DNA from: Epithemia pelagica
Lineage: Eukaryota; Protista; Bacillariophyta
Direction: 5' to 3'
Assembly: GCA_946965045.2 (NCBI GenBank)
Contig: OX337242.1
Span: 806,001 to 870,000 of the forward strand
Length of the DNA stretch: 64,000 nt
The translations under genes were made by a program, and so were the position numbers. Positions 40,020-51,100 of the stretch are shown one piece after another. How positions within the stretch are numbered: the first letter of the stretch is position 1; each line of letters begins with the position of its first letter. A model generated the notes under the pieces. It saw nothing but the letters and a program-made list of their open reading frames with translations. It did not search any database and was not told the DNA's origin.

Positions 40020-40480
40020 AGGCCAGCAACGTTTCGTTCTGTTTGGTTGGCATTGCTCCAGGGACTGGACCAAACGACCATGGCACCACCAGCTCGTCAC
40101 ACAAAAGTGGTTTCTTGCTACATGTGTGCCAAAGAAAGTGGCTTCAAGACGCCTTGGCGTGTATATTCGAAGCTTCATCCTGAGTCGGGGCTCCATATTA
40201 TTGTAAACTCCAACATTGGCTTGCTAGCTCGAGGCAAGAGAATGACACGAGGCATCACAACACAGGAGGGCAGGACAAAAGATCGAAGAAATCGGACCAT
40301 GTATGAAAGTCAAGCCCATGTTGTTGAGGCAGCTCGCTGTATGGAATTTTCTCCTCATGCATCTCTGTTCCAAAGCACCAAACCTTTTCTTTTTGCAACC
40401 CATCCCGTTGTACGTGCCGGAACCAAGAATGGAGGGAAAGGTGCCCACCACCTTCCCCGGTTGTTGACAGCATCACTGGT
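40020..40480 (-). pseudogene. Relic of the ankyrin gene 3' end and downstream region
   Basis: GGHLSLHSWFR matches GGQLPLHSWFR of the intact gene; the stop and downstream sequence align with 40754-40920 and 44585-44830. Confidence 0.75.
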
Positions 40481-40753
40481 TCGTTTCAATCGCAACGAGC
40501 TTTACGACAGACCGAGGGACAACAAGCGAGCAACGCAAACAACCTCGCGAACAACAGTAGAGATCCGTACGGCAGACAGCTATAAAAAGAGAAGAACCAT
40601 CCAAAGAATTGGAGGAATGAAAGAGGACAAGCGCAGTGTACTACTCAGTAAAAGGAAGCGAGCCAAGTTTCGTCTCGTATGGTTTCCAAGGTCTACACAA
40701 AACGACTTTGGCACCACCAACTCGTCACAATAATGTAGATGCTTCATTATCAT

Positions 40754-40920
40754 CAGTCTGGATTATGAACTAATCTCCAACGTGGGCAAGCTAGGCAAGA
40801 GAATGACACGAGAGCCATCACAACAGGACGTCAGGTCAGTCTGGATTATGGACTACTCTCCTACATTGGCAAGCTAGGCAAGAGAATGACACTCTGAGAG
40901 CGCCATCACAACAAGACGTC
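40754..40920. repeat. Tandem duplication (period 83) of the ankyrin gene last codons, stop and 3' UTR
   Basis: CAGTCTGGATTATG.ACTA.TCTCC.AC.T.GGCAAGCTAGGCAAGAGAATGACAC...CCATCACAACA.GACGTC at 40754 and 40837. Confidence 0.85.
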
Positions 40921-43689
40921 CGGACGAAATCGAAGGAGTAGGAATATGAAATCCAAGTCCAGGGTTGAGGCAGCTCGATGAATGGGAGAGAAGCCTTCGT
41001 CATCGCGCAAAACGAGTGCATCTAGATTCTGTTCCAAAACACGTTCAAACCCTTGTCTAAAAAAATGGTCTCCAACACGTCGGTCGTCCCGAAACCAAGA
41101 GTGAAGGGGAAGCTGCCCACCCTTTCCCCGTTGGCCAACCGCCTCGGGATACATGGAAATTAGAAATTCCACGACAGCTTCCTCCGATTGTGCGACACAG
41201 GCCACATGGAGGGGCAAGTCGCCATCCTGGTTGGTGGTCCTGGCCACTTGTTGGTTGCAACCGCACAGAGCGCGTAGGACGTGGATGCGATTCCCATACA
41301 GGCACGCGACATGAAGGGGGGTATTGCCCTGATGGTCTCGCCCGTAACTGCCGTCGGGGAATCGCGAGAGGAGTGCCTGCACCGTGCTCGAATCGTGTGC
41401 ATAATGCAAGGGGAGGCGACCTCGGTGGTCCCGAACCTGGCATGCATCCAGACCGTCCTGATCCAATAAATATTGGATAATCTCTTGGGATGCCTTGGAT
41501 ATACAGGCCATGTGAAGAAGGGTATACCCATCAGCGCTTCTCACCGACTCCTGTGACTCCTTGGAAGCTCCACGTTTTCCCAGACACTTGACATGGGCCA
41601 AAGTGGGAACACGTTGTCGAGCAAGATACAATTGCAGCGGAAGGGAACCGAATGAATTTCGACATGTTAGGGATTGCTTGTTCCGATTGGCTAGATGCTG
41701 AACCAACATGGAACTTGGAGGAATCGTAGTATTCTTGGTTACCAGAATGTGTAGAGGCAAGTTGCCAATGTGATCCTGGACGCCACAGGAGGATGGGTTT
41801 TGATGGATCAAGTACAAAAGCATGGAAGAAGTAGGGGAACCGCCACAATATACGTGTATTGGGAGACCGCCATTCATGTCGGGGCGTTTGAGAGCAAACA
41901 GGTTCTTTTCCGCAACGAGCTTCATGACAGACAGAGAGACATGGTCAGCTGAGCAAACCACGTGCATTGGTAGCTGTCCGCAAAAGTTGGGGATCCTTAC
42001 GGCCGACTGATATTTCTGAAGAAGGAATGCAATTGTTTTCTCGTTGACAAGGAGACATGCCAGGTGAAGAGGCATGTTCCCTTGGTGATCGCGTGCCGAA
42101 ATGGCTCCCGGATATCGTTGGTACAAGGTTCGTATGACACGGTGCGATTCCCCTCGACGACAGGCCGAATGGAGGGGAAGTTCCCCCATTTTATTACGTT
42201 CGTATATGGCATGTGGATAAAAGTCGAGAATTCGATGGATGGTCGCACAAGATCCCAATTCTTGCTCATGGTCGGACCTGTGCAGCGGAGACTGGTTTCC
42301 CCGTAGAAACTCGACCAGATCCAAAGGAGCGCGCCAAAAACAGGCCACGGAAAAGGCCGACTGCGATAAATGATTGGTCCGATACAGAGAATCCGGGAAC
42401 AACGCCACCATTTGCTGCACAAGACTAGCTCGTTTGTGGCCGTGGTCCTTATTATCATCCCAAGGAGAGTTCATCAAATGGTGCAATGGAAGATTGCCAT
42501 CCTCGTCACATCCCATGACACACATGGGAAAGGCATTCAACATATACTGAATCATGGGCACATTCGGGTTCCTGTTCCGGCAGGAACGGTGCAACGGAAA
42601 GGAATCGTCGCACCCCCGGACTCCAAGGGTGCCAAACTGTGGAACGTTGGAGGCGAGGCGCGGCGGTCGCCGTTCATCTCCCCATTCGACCAGCCGCTGG
42701 ATGAGTTCCAGGGAGCTTGATACTTGACAGGCTACATGCAAAGGAAGGTCATTTATCATATTGGAGCAGTGAATTGCGTCCGGATGGAGAGAACGAAACA
42801 GTTCCACCAGGTGAAGCTGTTTGGGCGAGTTGGTGGACCAGTCCCGCTTCAACAGCCAGTGAAGTGGCAAATTACCACCCTCATCCGTTTGGTGTACTGC
42901 CGTGTCACACAAATTCACCAGATGGACAATGACAGGAGCATTGTCCGGAACCATGCAGGCATAGTGCAATGGCAAGCGACCTTGGCCACAGCGATGACTC
43001 ACAGAGAATTTATCCGAGTTGCACAAGAGTTGAATCACTTCGAGGCTGCATCCTGCTTGGCACGCTAAATGAATCGGCAATTTCCCTTGCTCATTGCATT
43101 CCATTACGCTGGTCCGGTCTTGTTCCATGAGATAGCGTACAACTTCCAAACTACACTTTTTCTTGACACGTCCCGCGTTGGACAGGAAACACCAGTGCAG
43201 TGCGTTGTTCCCATGGTCATCTGAATGACGCAGGGCCTCTGGATGAGCCTCTACCATGGCCCGAATCACCTGGATCGAGGCCCGATACAAGCAAGCAATC
43301 TGTAGAGCAAGTCTTCCACGGTGATCCATGGATTCCACGAATGGTGTGGCCCATAATATCTCAATCCACAAGAGAATGGCATCCTCACTGGCAGTTTTCG
43401 CCCGAAAAATGTCATGCCAGTAATCGGCTTGCTGGAACATTTCTTCATGTTCCATCATCAACGATAGGATCACTGTTGCAACAACGGGGTTCAATGCACA
43501 CAAGTCCTTTCCTCCGCCTCCGCCTTCTCGGCAACAGGTCCCGATCAAGGCCATTAGAACCTGAAGCATGTCTGGGTGAGAAGGATCCGAACTAGTAGTA
43601 GGGTTCTGGGAGGATTGTTGTTGTTGTGGTAGAGCTGCAGCAGCTGTGTCATGACCAACGACACCAGGGAATGGAAGTTCAGACGACAT
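40906..43689 (-). CDS. Ankyrin-repeat protein (927 aa, roughly 20 repeats)
   Basis: Recurrent G.LPLH.AC motifs (GRLALQIAC, GKLPIHLAC, GRLPLHYAC, GNMPLHLAC, GNTPLHVAC, GDLPLHVAC). Confidence 0.92.
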   Translation of the reverse strand: MSSELPFPGVVGHDTAAAALPQQQQSSQNPTTSSDPSHPDMLQVLMALIGTCCREGGGGGKDLCALNPVVATVILSLMMEHEEMFQQADYWHDIFRAKTASEDAILLWIEILWATPFVESMDHRGRLALQIACLYRASIQVIRAMVEAHPEALRHSDDHGNNALHWCFLSNAGRVKKKCSLEVVRYLMEQDRTSVMECNEQGKLPIHLACQAGCSLEVIQLLCNSDKFSVSHRCGQGRLPLHYACMVPDNAPVIVHLVNLCDTAVHQTDEGGNLPLHWLLKRDWSTNSPKQLHLVELFRSLHPDAIHCSNMINDLPLHVACQVSSSLELIQRLVEWGDERRPPRLASNVPQFGTLGVRGCDDSFPLHRSCRNRNPNVPMIQYMLNAFPMCVMGCDEDGNLPLHHLMNSPWDDNKDHGHKRASLVQQMVALFPDSLYRTNHLSQSAFSVACFWRAPLDLVEFLRGNQSPLHRSDHEQELGSCATIHRILDFYPHAIYERNKMGELPLHSACRRGESHRVIRTLYQRYPGAISARDHQGNMPLHLACLLVNEKTIAFLLQKYQSAVRIPNFCGQLPMHVVCSADHVSLSVMKLVAEKNLFALKRPDMNGGLPIHVYCGGSPTSSMLLYLIHQNPSSCGVQDHIGNLPLHILVTKNTTIPPSSMLVQHLANRNKQSLTCRNSFGSLPLQLYLARQRVPTLAHVKCLGKRGASKESQESVRSADGYTLLHMACISKASQEIIQYLLDQDGLDACQVRDHRGRLPLHYAHDSSTVQALLSRFPDGSYGRDHQGNTPLHVACLYGNRIHVLRALCGCNQQVARTTNQDGDLPLHVACVAQSEEAVVEFLISMYPEAVGQRGKGGQLPLHSWFRDDRRVGDHFFRQGFERVLEQNLDALVLRDDEGFSPIHRAASTLDLDFIFLLLRFRPDVLL

Positions 43690-44324
43690 GGTCTAGGAAA
43701 TGAGTGACCCTTCCTCTTATTGTGTTTACGCTCGTCATGTTTTCTCGTTTGGCTTGGGGAGGAGGCGGATGAACGATGAGAACGACGGGACCCATATTCA
43801 AAGCGACTGAAAAGCGACGGAGAACCCCGTCCGTCCGTGCGCCGCGCACAGTTCACAGAAAAATTTGGTATCTTTGGATCTTTGGACCCATCATCGTTTT
43901 CTTGCATTGTTTTTTGGTTGTGTGTGGTTGCATCGCTGTTGATGTACTTACTGTTTTGGGGTGTCCTTTTGTGGCTACCAGGTTGGTAGTCTTTGGCGTG
44001 CGAGCGAGACGAAAGGAAGCACGAGAGCGGACCACCAGAGAAACACAAAGCCACAAAAAAAACGAGAGAAACACACAAGAGGAGTGAGGATGCTCCCGAA
44101 GGAACCAAGTGGGAGCGAGACAAGAAACCGCGAAAAACGACAATGGTGAAGCACGGACCCATTCGGACGCCACGAGCGACCAAAAAGGATCCTAGTAGGT
44201 AAACGACAAGGCACGGAGACGACAACACAAGAAACTCCACTTGCCGAAACTTGAGAAGCAAACACCAAACCACAACGAGCTAGCCGTTTGTTGGACAAGA
44301 GTACAAGCAGCAGCACGGCAAAAA

Positions 44325-44564
44325 ATGGCATACTATCGCTTTCTCATGTGTCGTCTCGATCCTCGTCGTGGCGTCGTCGTCCCCATCGATGGACGACAAC
44401 GACGACAATCTCGCGAACAAGTTGTTGTTGTTCGGAACAAAAAACACCAACAACAACGACTCATGGCTGAACGCCATGGTCTTCGGAGTTGGTACACCGA
44501 CAACAAGGACGACCCACTCGTATGGCGATTCAAACACGTACTACGGATAAAAGAGGACTCCTGA
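44325..44564 (+). pseudogene. Truncated, frameshifted copy of the PPR gene 5' end
   Basis: TCTCGATCCTCGTCGTG.CGTCGTCGTCCCCATCGATGGAC and CAACAACGACTC...GCCATGGTCTT.GG.GTT.GTACACC.AC.ACAAGGACGACCCA match 48170-48370; upstream 43820-44320 resembles 47745-48165; TGA at 44468-44470 in the PPR frame. Confidence 0.8.
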
Positions 44565-44824
44565 GAAAAAGAAAAGCCAGCAAATGTTTCGTTCCGTATT
44601 GTGTTGGCATTGTTCCAGGGACTAAAACGACCTTGGCACCACCAACTGGTCACACACAAGTGGTTCATTGCTACACGTACCAAAGAAAGTGGCTTCAAGA
44701 CACCTTGGCCTGTATATTCGATGATTCATCATCATCATCCGTCTGGACTTCTTATGGACCATTGTAAACTCCAACATTGGCTAGAGCTATAGCTCTAGGC
44801 AAGAGAATGACACGAGGCATGGCG

Positions 44825-45850
44825 ACACAAGACGGCCGGACAAGATCAGAGGAGTCGGACTATGATGTATGACATCCAAGTCCAATGGTGAGGCACCATG
44901 CTGGATTGGATAGGTAGAACCCTTTCTCAATGCGCGAAACAAAGAGTCCATCTCCATTCTGTTCCACAACACAGGTTGGTTCGAAACCTTTTGTTTGTCA
45001 ACCCAACCCGTTTCATCACGTGCCGGAACCAAGAGTGATGGAACAGTTGCCCACCACCACATTGCACATGCACAGGCTACTACGAGAGAGATGGAGGGAC
45101 AAGTCTCCATTCTTCTGGTTTGTGGTCATGGTCACTTTTTCTTGTTTCACAAACCCACAAACCTCGTGTAGGACGTCCATGCGGTTCCCCGACATGCAAT
45201 CTGCAACAGAATGTGGGGTAAACTGTATTATATTGCCCGTATACTGCGTCTCGCCAGTAGTGGATGCCGCCGTCGAAGACTCTCGACAAGATGGCATGTG
45301 AACCGTGCTATATAGAGTCGAAGGATCATGCAATGGAAGAGGTGACACTTTTGTGGGGTCCCCAAGATAACCTGGCATGAATCCAGAAGACTGTCCGGAT
45401 CCCCATGGATGGAATCTCTCGGAATGCCTGCCTTTTGATATAATATTATACAGGCCATCGAAAGAAGGGTATATAAGAACCACCAGAGATTCTTCTCGAT
45501 GTGACAACTCCTTGGAAGCTCCACGGTTTCCAAAACACTGGGCACAAGACTGTCCTGACAAGGTTGCCAAAGAAGATACACAATTAGTATTGCAGGAGAA
45601 GCGACCCCACTAAATTATTTCGACAGTTGTTTGGGATGTTGCTGGTTCCGATTTGGTTCCATGCGGAATCCAAGCGGAATCTACTTGGAATTGGAAGAGC
45701 TCGCACTGTAGGTACAGAGAGTTGGTCACCAGCGTAATGTGTAGAGGCGTGAGTTGTCCTGTGGCCACTGGAGAATGGGATTTTTATGGATCCACAGTGT
45801 ACACCAGCTCGGAACAAGGACATAGGGGAACCGCCACACTCCGTATATTT
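44825..45850 (-). pseudogene. Degenerate paralogue of the ankyrin gene 3' third
   Basis: CFGNRGASKE vs CLGKRGASKE; CMSGNRMDVLHEVCG..TTNQKNGDLSLHL vs CLYGNRIHVLRALCG..TTNQDGDLPLHV; frameshifts; boundaries approximate. Confidence 0.8.
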
Positions 45851-46514
45851 CTATTCCGTAGAGTATACCGCGCTGTCCGCAGTGGGAGGCAGAAGGTGCC
45901 GACAAGGCGGATGTGCTCTCCAAATCCAATGATGCGACTCTCTCTGTTTGAATTCTCGTGACCAGGGACCAGAACCGTGAACACGTCGTCTGTGCTGTCT
46001 GGCTTCTGGTTCGGTTTGTTCTCAATCTTTGCTGTCTTAGGCCTCCACCGCTAGCTAGGGATCTCTGCTAAGTAACACCACCATGTGAACATCCGATTGT
46101 CACAAATAATAACGCTGCATCTCAAGCAAAGCGTGACACAGTTGTTGGAATCAAGGCTCCCTGTCTGTTCTTTCTCTCTGCTTTCGAATCGTCGTCGTCA
46201 TGGAAGAGAGTGCGCTCGATCATCCGCATCGTGACTTGGCGTCGTGGGTGACGAGAGATCCTCACACAAGGGTTTGCTCGACGACCGCCAAGAATCGGGT
46301 ACTACGGTTGGAACAAATCGTCCACGGTTCCTCACCGCAACGTATCGGAATTCGCAATGGCTTCCCGACCGAAAGGGCAAGGTTTGCGGCGAATCCGCGC
46401 CGTGTTTCGGACATTTCACGGTATCTCACTTGCAGGGGCGGATCGTTTGCAACGCATGGATAGCGTTTTTGTCCGTCACCAGGTGCCGGTTGCAGTGCAG
46501 ATGGTATCGTGACG

Positions 46515-46627
46515 GATGAAGAAATAACTCAAGAAGCTGAGACATACATTGAGCAGCAACGTTCGTTGAGCAACAACGTTCGTTGTTGTTCTATGTAAAT
46601 CTCGGCTTGTTGAGTTATTGCATCATC
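46515..46627. repeat. 113-nt imperfect inverted repeat (47-bp arms, 19-nt loop)
   Basis: Arm 46515-46561 vs the reverse complement of 46581-46627: 38/47 identical; three of the nine differences are G-U pairs on the + strand. Confidence 0.9.
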
Positions 46628-48169
46628 AAGATCCACCACCACAACAACAAGATGATCCACCTCCGCAACCCAACCTCCGAGTACAACCGTTTCAACGCGC
46701 CGAGGATATAACGATTCCGCGTCCAATCTGGGCCATTCGGAAACCAATCGGTTCACCCCTGCATCGACAAACCACGCAGGAACGGCAAACAAGGCTGGAT
46801 CGAAAGGTTCGCTAGGGACATCAACCATCGACGTATTGAACGATCACTTTGGGAATGTCGATCGCGTTGGCAACATTCGGATCCACCGTGCTTCTTCTTC
46901 CTCCTCAAGACTGAGGCTCCACAGGGATTGTCTGGGGAGGGTCACCACCGAACCAAAAGGAGGAGGAGGAGGGAGGCTCTGCATGGCAGTTGTCCAAGCA
47001 ACGACGGGGGGTGCATACGGCTCCGTTGGTAACGTCATCATTTCCTCAAGGCGGCACCCCCAACTGTGGCATCCGGCGAGCATTCGCACAAGAGAATAGT
47101 TGGTAGTATCTGCCATGTGCCGGGACGCCCCCGACACGAAAAACATGGAGACGGAACCACAATTGTGGTGACGTTCCCGTAAGTTGCAACGAACACCTCC
47201 ACCACCCTTGATTCTTTGAATCTTGTGTGTTGTGGAGTGCTGCGTGTCTTTTTTTGTCGGAGATACACACACAAGCTGTGTATTCCTTCGAAGCAGTGTC
47301 TTGTGTAAGACACTGTGCTTGGAACGAATACGCAGCTTCTGTATCTGTCCTGCAAAAGACCCACGGCGGCTTGAAACTATTCCGAGGGACCAACGAGAGG
47401 TGCTTTGCCCCTGGATATATCCGTGGAGCACTGGCGCCGGCCACGGAAACAAGGCCCCGACCGACGGCAATAATGGGATTGTGGTGTGATTCCATACATA
47501 CACAGAGAATCAGAGACCACACTGCCACCCTGTGCTGGACAAACGATTCGCTAGTCTCTTTGTGGTGGTGTCGTCTGCGTCCTTCTAGGAATTGAAGCTA
47601 GCACGATCATAAAATCATATTACAGAGAAGCGACGAGCAAAGACGAACCCCCGTCCGTTCATATTCCCCAGCGAAGAATGATGTAGTCGCGAGTGAGTCA
47701 TGCATTTTCGATGAATTCCTGGTGATGCTGATGCCCACAGAAGTGCGAGCCATCTCACCATTCGCTGGAGAGTACTTCCGTCCGTGCGTCGCACACCCAT
47801 ATCTCCGAGAAAAGGGTATCTTTGTGATCTGTTCTTTGTGGGTGGTTGCATCTGTTTCCCCACAAACTCTCACCGCAAGGGCGTGGTGGCGTTCCAAGTT
47901 CGAAGAAGAAAGAGAGAGAGAGAGAGAAAGAGAGACCTTATAGAAGAAAACCGTTGGAGGCATTCCGAGACGACAAGAAAACACATCACGACCAGAGACG
48001 ACGACAACGGTGGAACACACATTTTCCGGACTTACCGAACCACGACAAACTACGACACCAGGACCTCCTGGTCACGATACGACAGCCTCCGCACCAATAG
48101 AAAGAGCCAGCACCAACACTCCAACGAGCCAACCGTTGAAGACCAGTACCAGCACCACCACGACGAACC

Positions 48170-51100
48170 ATGACCTATTACCGCCGCATCCTCTTGTCTC
48201 GATCCTCGTCGTGTCGTCGTCGTCCCCATCGATGGACTCCCCATCGATGGACGACGACGACGACAATGATCCCACAACCAACAACAACGACTCTTGGAAG
48301 GACGCCATGGTCTTTGGGGTTCGTACACCAACCACAAGGACGACCCATTCGTTTGGCAATTCAAACCCTTAGCACGACGACGACAGGTGACAAGACAAGC
48401 ACACTCGTCCAGGACAACCAAAATCACAATCACGACGACAAGGACCAAAAAGCAGCCGCAGCGACAACCGCAACGACTCCAACCACTTCTGTTCCACCCT
48501 TGAACTTGGCGGTGGATCCTTGGTCCAGCTGCTCTTCACAACGTCCTACTCTACCATCATCATCATCATCATCATTACCGTCCTCCATGCCCTCCTTTTC
48601 GTCCAATCCATCGGCATCGTCCTCCACCTCCTCGGCATCGTCGTCGTCGTTTTGGCAAGCTTCGACCCTTCAAGATCGCTTGTCGGAAACACCCGTGGGA
48701 GAGGTGACGATTCCGCAATGGAGTGCGGCTCAAACCCTCCTGCAGTCCTGGATTTACCACAAGCCGCCGTCTAGTCATCACTACACGACCATCCATTGTA
48801 CCATGATTCGGTTGTTGGATCGCATGGCCATGGAATTGGAACACCACTCCAACCACAACACTGCAACAACGACGACGACATCACGGACGCTCTTGACCAG
48901 TGTCGATCCCCAATTGCTGGAAGCCATGGTATTGGATTGGAGAAATCAACTCTTGTCGTCGTCGTCATCCTCATCCTCCACGACAATGCCGCTGGCCAGC
49001 GGGACGACACCCCTTTCCCCCTTGTCGTCGTCGTCCACGTTGTCGTCCACACAATTGTTGTCTCCGGTGGAATTGTGGCAACGTGTGCAACGGTATTGGC
49101 ACGTGGGATTGGTCCAACCCACTGCGCCGCATTGCAATCACGTGGCGGCCCTCTTGCTCAATGCCTGGAAGCAACAACAACAACAGCAACAGCAGAAAAG
49201 CCAGACACCAGAACCATTCTCGTCGTCGTCTCCTTCGACGACAACCACCGTGGAACCCCTCTGGACGCCTCCCGAATGGGCCCATCAAAACATTTATCAG
49301 TACTTGCATCAACCACCAGCACCACCCTCCTTTTCCTCCTCGGGTGCTGCCACGACCACCAAGAACCCCAACTCCACCCCGACTCGTTCCGTCCCCGTCC
49401 ATGCGGCCGTGGTGCAAGAACTTTTGGAATTGTGGTGGAATCATCATGCGGCTTCGGCTGCGGCTGGTTCGTCGTCCACATCCACCACCAATGCGGCGGC
49501 CGTGGCGGGACGGTTGTACGAGTATTGGCATGCCTTGCAACAAGACTATACCTGGGCGACCACGACAAATCCCGAAACGGCCGCCGTCTTGCGACCCACG
49601 GCATCCATGTATTGCTTGGTCTTGGAAGCGCTCTGTGGTGGTCGTCATCAGTATGCGGCTGCTGCGGCACACTCGGGTTCCACCACCCAACACTCGACAC
49701 AACCGCAGGACACGGCGGTTCGTTCGCATCAAATTCAAACCTTGTTGCGGGACATGCGTCAAACCTGTCCTCCCCGAGAATTGGATGCCCGCATTCATGC
49801 GCGATTGTGTCAAGTCTTGGCACAATTGCCACCACACTTGGCCACCATGACCCTGACAAAACCAACCACCACCACCAAGAGTCTTGCGGCCGCGGCCACC
49901 ACCAGGACACCTTCCACCCTCGACGAACTGCAGTCGGAGTACGACAGTGCCATGAAATTTCATTCCCCAACCTCGACCAGCGCTGCCTTTCGTGACGATG
50001 AGGACGACGACGACACCAGCAATGGTGCCAACGCACGGCACCGATCGACCACACTTTCGTACGAACATGTGGGAGATGCCGCTCGTAACATGTTGGAAGA
50101 CTTGTGTCATCGTCATTACAAAGCTTGCAAAAATCGATTCGTGACCAATCCTCCTCGTCCGAATGCCCATACTTTGGACCCGCACGACGACTCTCATCCT
50201 CATCAACATGTCCATGACAATCGCAACAGTGTCGTGCGCTTTTTGCGGTATCAACCCACACCACAAATGGTGGCATGGATTTGGATTGCTCATGCCCGGG
50301 CCGGACGACCGGATGCCGTCATGGAATTGTACGAAGCCATGAAGGAGTGGACGACCATTACGCAAGATCCCACACTCTTGCCCAATCGATTGGCCTATGC
50401 CATGGCCTTGACGTGGGCCTATGCCCAAGAAGGCAATGAATCACGCGCCAAGACAATTGTACAAAATGTCATTGTGAATTCCTATTATCGTCCCCACTTT
50501 TACATGAATCCACTCGATCCACAAGACAATGATACCTCTCAAGAATGGCTGCAACGACTGCCCGAAGGCTCGGAGGATGACGACGACGATGATGATACCT
50601 TGCAACTCGAAGAAGGAACGGCAGCAGCAGGAGCAACAACCTTGCTGGACGATGGAACAAACAAGCATCTACGAGAGGCGGTGGAGGAGGAGTATGATGA
50701 AGAGGACGACGACGATGATGAAGAAGAGGAAGAGGAGGAGTTTGATGACGGAATGTTCTTTGACAATGACGATGACGAGGAAGATGAGGATTATGGCACA
50801 AAGGGAGCTGGAGAAGACGACGAGGATGATGATGATGATGAAGATGAGGACGATATATTGACTCGGTACAATGTGGCCGACTGGTACATTCCCGATCGTG
50901 ATCATGATCATCCTCATCGTGGTAATCGAACCGACGGATTGGCATTGCGGTCATCCTATTCGTCTTCCGCACCACCGGCTTGGCAAGCCGTCTTGTCCGC
51001 ATGGGAAACAGCAGCCAATGTCGACAATCCCAACAATCCTCACCAAACCTTTGTTCGTCGTTATTACCGAGTGTGGGTCAATAGATTACTTTCCTTTATG

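Noticed and set aside
46000-47600. Possible continuation of the ankyrin pseudogene, or genes in 46844-47503 and nearby ORFs
   Set aside because: No alignment to the ankyrin 5' region was visible and no motifs were found.
48232-48372. Conserved alternative-frame peptide (DSW..AMVFGV.TPTTRTTHS) in both PPR 5' copies
   Set aside because: Only 6 of 12 differences fall on third positions in that frame, which is too few to show selection; simple duplication explains the similarity.
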